Shown: in pieces, positions 61,634-64,000 of the stretch
How positions within the stretch are numbered: position 1 is the first letter of the stretch
How the letters are laid out: each line of letters opens with the position of its first letter
Assembly (NCBI GenBank): GCA_041594435.1
Contig: JBFHME010000001.1
Coordinates: 716-64,715 of the forward strand
DNA length: 64,000 nt
Direction: 5' to 3'
DNA from: Acidimicrobiales bacterium
Lineage (GTDB): Bacteria; Actinomycetota; Acidimicrobiia; Acidimicrobiales; SZUA-35
Position numbers and translations under genes: made by a program
The notes under the pieces: generated by a model
Database searches by the model: none
The model's input: the letters and a program-made list of their open reading frames with translations, nothing else
What the model was told of the DNA's origin: nothing

Positions 61634-62530
61634 TCAGCCGGCTGCCCCCGGAGCCGACAGCATGCCGGTGGCCTGCGCCGCCCCCCGGATCGGCGAGAAG
61701 CGATGGCGGGCCCATTCGGCGATGGCGATACCCAGCGGTGCCGAGAACCAGATGCAGATGAGGATGGCGGCTGCGTTGTAGTTCCGCAGCAGCGGGTCGA
61801 GCACGAACAGCATCACCCGGAACAACCAGAACGAACCCCACATCGACCCGGCGAAGCGGATCATCCAGACCCGGTGGGAGACGGCGTCGGACCGCCGGGC
61901 TGCGGCCACCCCCATGACGGCGCAGACGTACACACACGCCGACATGAACCAGAACCCGACCATCGACAGGTTGCCGCCGTACTCGTCGACCGAGCCGTGT
62001 TCGGAAGCCAGGATGACCGCACACAGCGTGCCGATCGTGAGTGTGGCAAACGAGACCCGACCGACGAGGCGATGCCGGTTGCGCCGCCGGGCGTCACCGG
62101 AGCCCGGCCGGGCAAGCTGCCAGTGCAGCAGCACGAAGGTCACCGAGTTGAACGCGATGTGTCCGTACAGCAACCCGTTTCGGAGGCCGGAACCGTTCAC
62201 GAATCGGTCGTAGAACGCCACGCCCCACGCGGGATGCCGGGTGAAACGATCACCCCAGACCGTGCAGGAGTTGTCGGGGCACGCGGCCATCGCCGCGGCC
62301 GTGTCGGACTCGCCGAGTCCGAGGTTGTCGAGCAGATCGTAGATGCCGATGAAGAAGGGAATGGCGCCCGAGGATCCCTCGATGAAGTAGCGCACGTTGA
62401 GGGCGAGCAACAGCAGCACGCCGAAGCCGAGGAAGTAGCGGAAGGCGCGGCGCCGCCACCCGTCGATCAGCAGCGCCGCCCACACGACAAGAGCGGCGTA
62501 GATCGCGATGACACCCCAGGGAACGTCCAT
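61634..62530 (-). CDS. DUF2306-like integral membrane protein
   Basis: Multi-TM with HIAFNSVTFVLLHWQL...RNRHRLVGRVSF. ATG 62530 follows GGAGGAAGAGG. Confidence 0.65.
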   Translation of the reverse strand: MDVPWGVIAIYAALVVWAALLIDGWRRRAFRYFLGFGVLLLLALNVRYFIEGSSGAIPFFIGIYDLLDNLGLGESDTAAAMAACPDNSCTVWGDRFTRHPAWGVAFYDRFVNGSGLRNGLLYGHIAFNSVTFVLLHWQLARPGSGDARRRNRHRLVGRVSFATLTIGTLCAVILASEHGSVDEYGGNLSMVGFWFMSACVYVCAVMGVAAARRSDAVSHRVWMIRFAGSMWGSFWLFRVMLFVLDPLLRNYNAAAILICIWFSAPLGIAIAEWARHRFSPIRGAAQATGMLSAPGAAG

Positions 62531-62649
62531 GCCTCTTCCTCCGCCTCTCACGGTAGTCCTTGGACATGGTCGGAGCCAGATGGCGGCGGCCCGTGGCGGT
62601 GCGGCTAGTCTCGGCTTAGCGGCAGCGCGGCAGAGTTGCAGATCAGGGA

Positions 62650-63369
62650 GTGTCCATGACCACATCACGCACCGAAACCATCACCGTCGACGACGGGGCC
62701 TTCGACGCCCACCTCGTCGTGCCCGCCTCGGGGTCCGGACCGGGACTGGTCGTGCTCCAGGAGATCTTCGGGGTGAACACCTATATCAAGTCGGTGTGTG
62801 AACGGTTGGCCGAGATGGGCTACGTCGCGCTGGCGCCCGACATGTTCTGGCGACAGGAACCGGGCTTCGTCGTCGAGCCCGAGCAGGGTGAGGAGGGCAT
62901 GCAGTCGGCCTTCGCCATGGTGGGCGGCTTCGACTTCGCCACCATGCCCGGTGACCTCGGGGCGGCACTTGATCATCTCCGGGCAGTACCCGAATGCACC
63001 GGCGACGCCGGGCTCATCGGGTTCTGTTTCGGCGGCACGCTCGCCTACCTCGGTGCCGCGGCGCTCGATCCGACCTGCGCGGTCAGCTACTACGGCAGCG
63101 GCGTGGCCGGCAACCTCGATCAGGCCGACAACATCGACTGCCCGATCCTGTTCCATTTCGGCGGCTCCGACCCCTACCTGCCGAGCGAGGACTCGCAGGC
63201 GGTGGCCGACCGCTTTGCCTCGGTGGCCACTGCGGACGTCATCATCCAGTCCGATGCCGGCCACGCGTTCGACAACCACCTCAACCCGATGTTCTCGAAC
63301 CCGCCGGCCGCAGCATCGGCCTGGGCGGCGACCGCGGCGTTCCTCGCCGACCATCTCCCGGTCGACTGA
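62650..63369 (+). CDS. Dienelactone hydrolase family protein
   Basis: GPGLVVLQEIFGVNTYIKSVCERLAEMGYVALAPDMFWR..., GFCFGG nucleophile motif, C-terminal DAGHAF. Confidence 0.9.
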   Translation: MSMTTSRTETITVDDGAFDAHLVVPASGSGPGLVVLQEIFGVNTYIKSVCERLAEMGYVALAPDMFWRQEPGFVVEPEQGEEGMQSAFAMVGGFDFATMPGDLGAALDHLRAVPECTGDAGLIGFCFGGTLAYLGAAALDPTCAVSYYGSGVAGNLDQADNIDCPILFHFGGSDPYLPSEDSQAVADRFASVATADVIIQSDAGHAFDNHLNPMFSNPPAAASAWAATAAFLADHLPVD

Positions 63370-63403
63370 CGGCGGAATAGCCGGGAGCGGCGCAGTCCGC
63401 ACC

Positions 63404-63547
63404 GACCGGCTCGGCCCTTAGAGCTCCACGTCGACTCATTGCCGCCGCGACCGGCTCGGCCCCGTCGAGCTCCGCGTCGACTCATTGCCGCCGCGACCGG
63501 CTCGGCCCCGTCGAGCTCCACGTCGACTCATGCCGCCGCGACCGGCT
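63404..63547. repeat. 45/46/45-nt tandem repeat (three full copies plus a partial fourth), MIRU-like minisatellite
   Basis: Copies start at 63404, 63449, 63495 and 63540 (GACCGGCTCGGCCCCGTCGAGCTCC(A/G)CGTCGACTCAT(T)GCCGCCGC). The unit length is not a multiple of 3. Confidence 0.8.
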
Positions 63548-63606
63548 GCGAGGCTCTCGCCCATGGGCAAAACCTCTCCTTCGTGGTGCGCATGTCTACA
63601 TCGACA

Positions 63607-63635
63607 TTGACCGACGAGGATGCGTAACCTATGGT
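63607..63635 (+). promoter_or_regulatory. Sigma-70-like promoter TTGACC-N17-TATGGT
   Basis: Read directly from the sequence, about 83 nt upstream of the secreted-protein ATG 63719, in the lowest-GC part of this intergenic region. Confidence 0.45.
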
Positions 63636-63718
63636 AGTTGGGGCGATGTCTGGGAGCGCTCCCAACCTCGTGCTCTCACAGCCCGTTACAGACTCCTCAT
63701 CCGGAAGGACCTCGATCC

Positions 63719-64000
63719 ATGCGACCGACCAGCCGTCTCCGTTCGTTGCTGACCCTACTGACGGGGCTCGCACTCGTGGCCGCCGTCCTGACGGTTGCGC
63801 CGTCGACGGCATCCGCCGTCGACACGGTCATCGACGACTTCAACGACGGCGACACGTCGGACTGGCTCTTCTTCGGCGGTAACAACGCCGGAGGCGGGGG
63901 CGGCCCGGCGGTCGATCGACCCTACGAGGGCACCCACTACTTCAGCACCGGCTGGGGTGGTGAGGGCACCGCCTCCGGGTTCTACGGCGGCGCCTTCCGC
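63719..64000 (+). CDS. Secreted protein, 3' end cut by window edge (not in the ORF track)
   Basis: My translation: MRPTSRLRSLLTLLTGLALVAAVLTVAPSTASAVDTVIDDFNDGDTSDWLFFGG... Signal peptide with an ASA/V cleavage-like site. The frame stays open to nt 64000. GGAAGGA lies upstream. Confidence 0.6.
   Translation, partial: MRPTSRLRSLLTLLTGLALVAAVLTVAPSTASAVDTVIDDFNDGDTSDWLFFGGNNAGGGGGPAVDRPYEGTHYFSTGWGGEGTASGFYGGAFR

Noticed and set aside
63404-63547. Tandem repeats considered as a CRISPR array or as the coding repeats of ORF 63439..63627 / 63174..63521
   Set aside because: The repeats are contiguous with no unique spacers, so this is not CRISPR. Unit lengths of 45/46/45 nt break any reading frame, and the ORFs are Arg/Ala/Pro-rich shadows.

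Overview
High-GC, densely coding bacterial chromosome segment with about 65 protein genes. I found no rRNA, tRNA, CRISPR array, transposase or integrase. The gene content points to Actinobacteria, possibly an Acidimicrobiia-like lineage (inference only). Supporting genes are a fused FO synthase fbiC, a deazaflavin (F420) reductase and an LLM-class oxidoreductase, a mycothiol-type DinB/maleylpyruvate-isomerase protein, and an NDMA-type alcohol dehydrogenase. The ORF track is full of long antisense or out-of-frame ORFs typical of high-GC DNA. Calls were made by protein-family recognition, and starts were re-placed where a ribosome-binding site plus domain boundary argued for it. Main themes follow. 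(1) nt 1600-26400 is a stress or dormancy-like island. It holds six universal-stress-protein (USP) genes (about ten USP domains), a ribosome-hibernation-factor fusion, BON, flavodoxin-like, CoA-binding and DUF4389 genes, and an HD-GYP phosphodiesterase. Eight of its promoter regions carry a recurrent 15-bp box, GGGWC-N4-GNCYC-T, that resembles the mycobacterial DosR operator. No cognate regulator is in the window. (2) Inside that island, a processive family-2 glycosyltransferase is fused to a pseudo-receiver and a degenerate GGDEF domain. (3) nt 32700-39500 is a signalling locus with two histidine kinases divergent from REC-HDOD and REC-degenerate-HD regulators, followed by a FliA/WhiG-type sigma factor. 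Sigma-28-like promoter motifs sit upstream of the sigma gene, the regulator operon and a TadE-like pseudopilin gene. (4) A long minus-strand cluster joins orphan TadE/TadG-like proteins to MoxR-DUF58-DUF4129. (5) There is a translationally coupled pair of Cas4/RecB-like Fe-S PD-(D/E)xK nuclease-fold proteins, one apparently inactive. (6) Several noncoding oddities are present: an exact DnaA-box palindrome away from any origin genes, phased direct repeats upstream of a PspC gene, and a 45-46-nt MIRU-like minisatellite. All functional interpretations are sequence-based inferences and need database or experimental checks.
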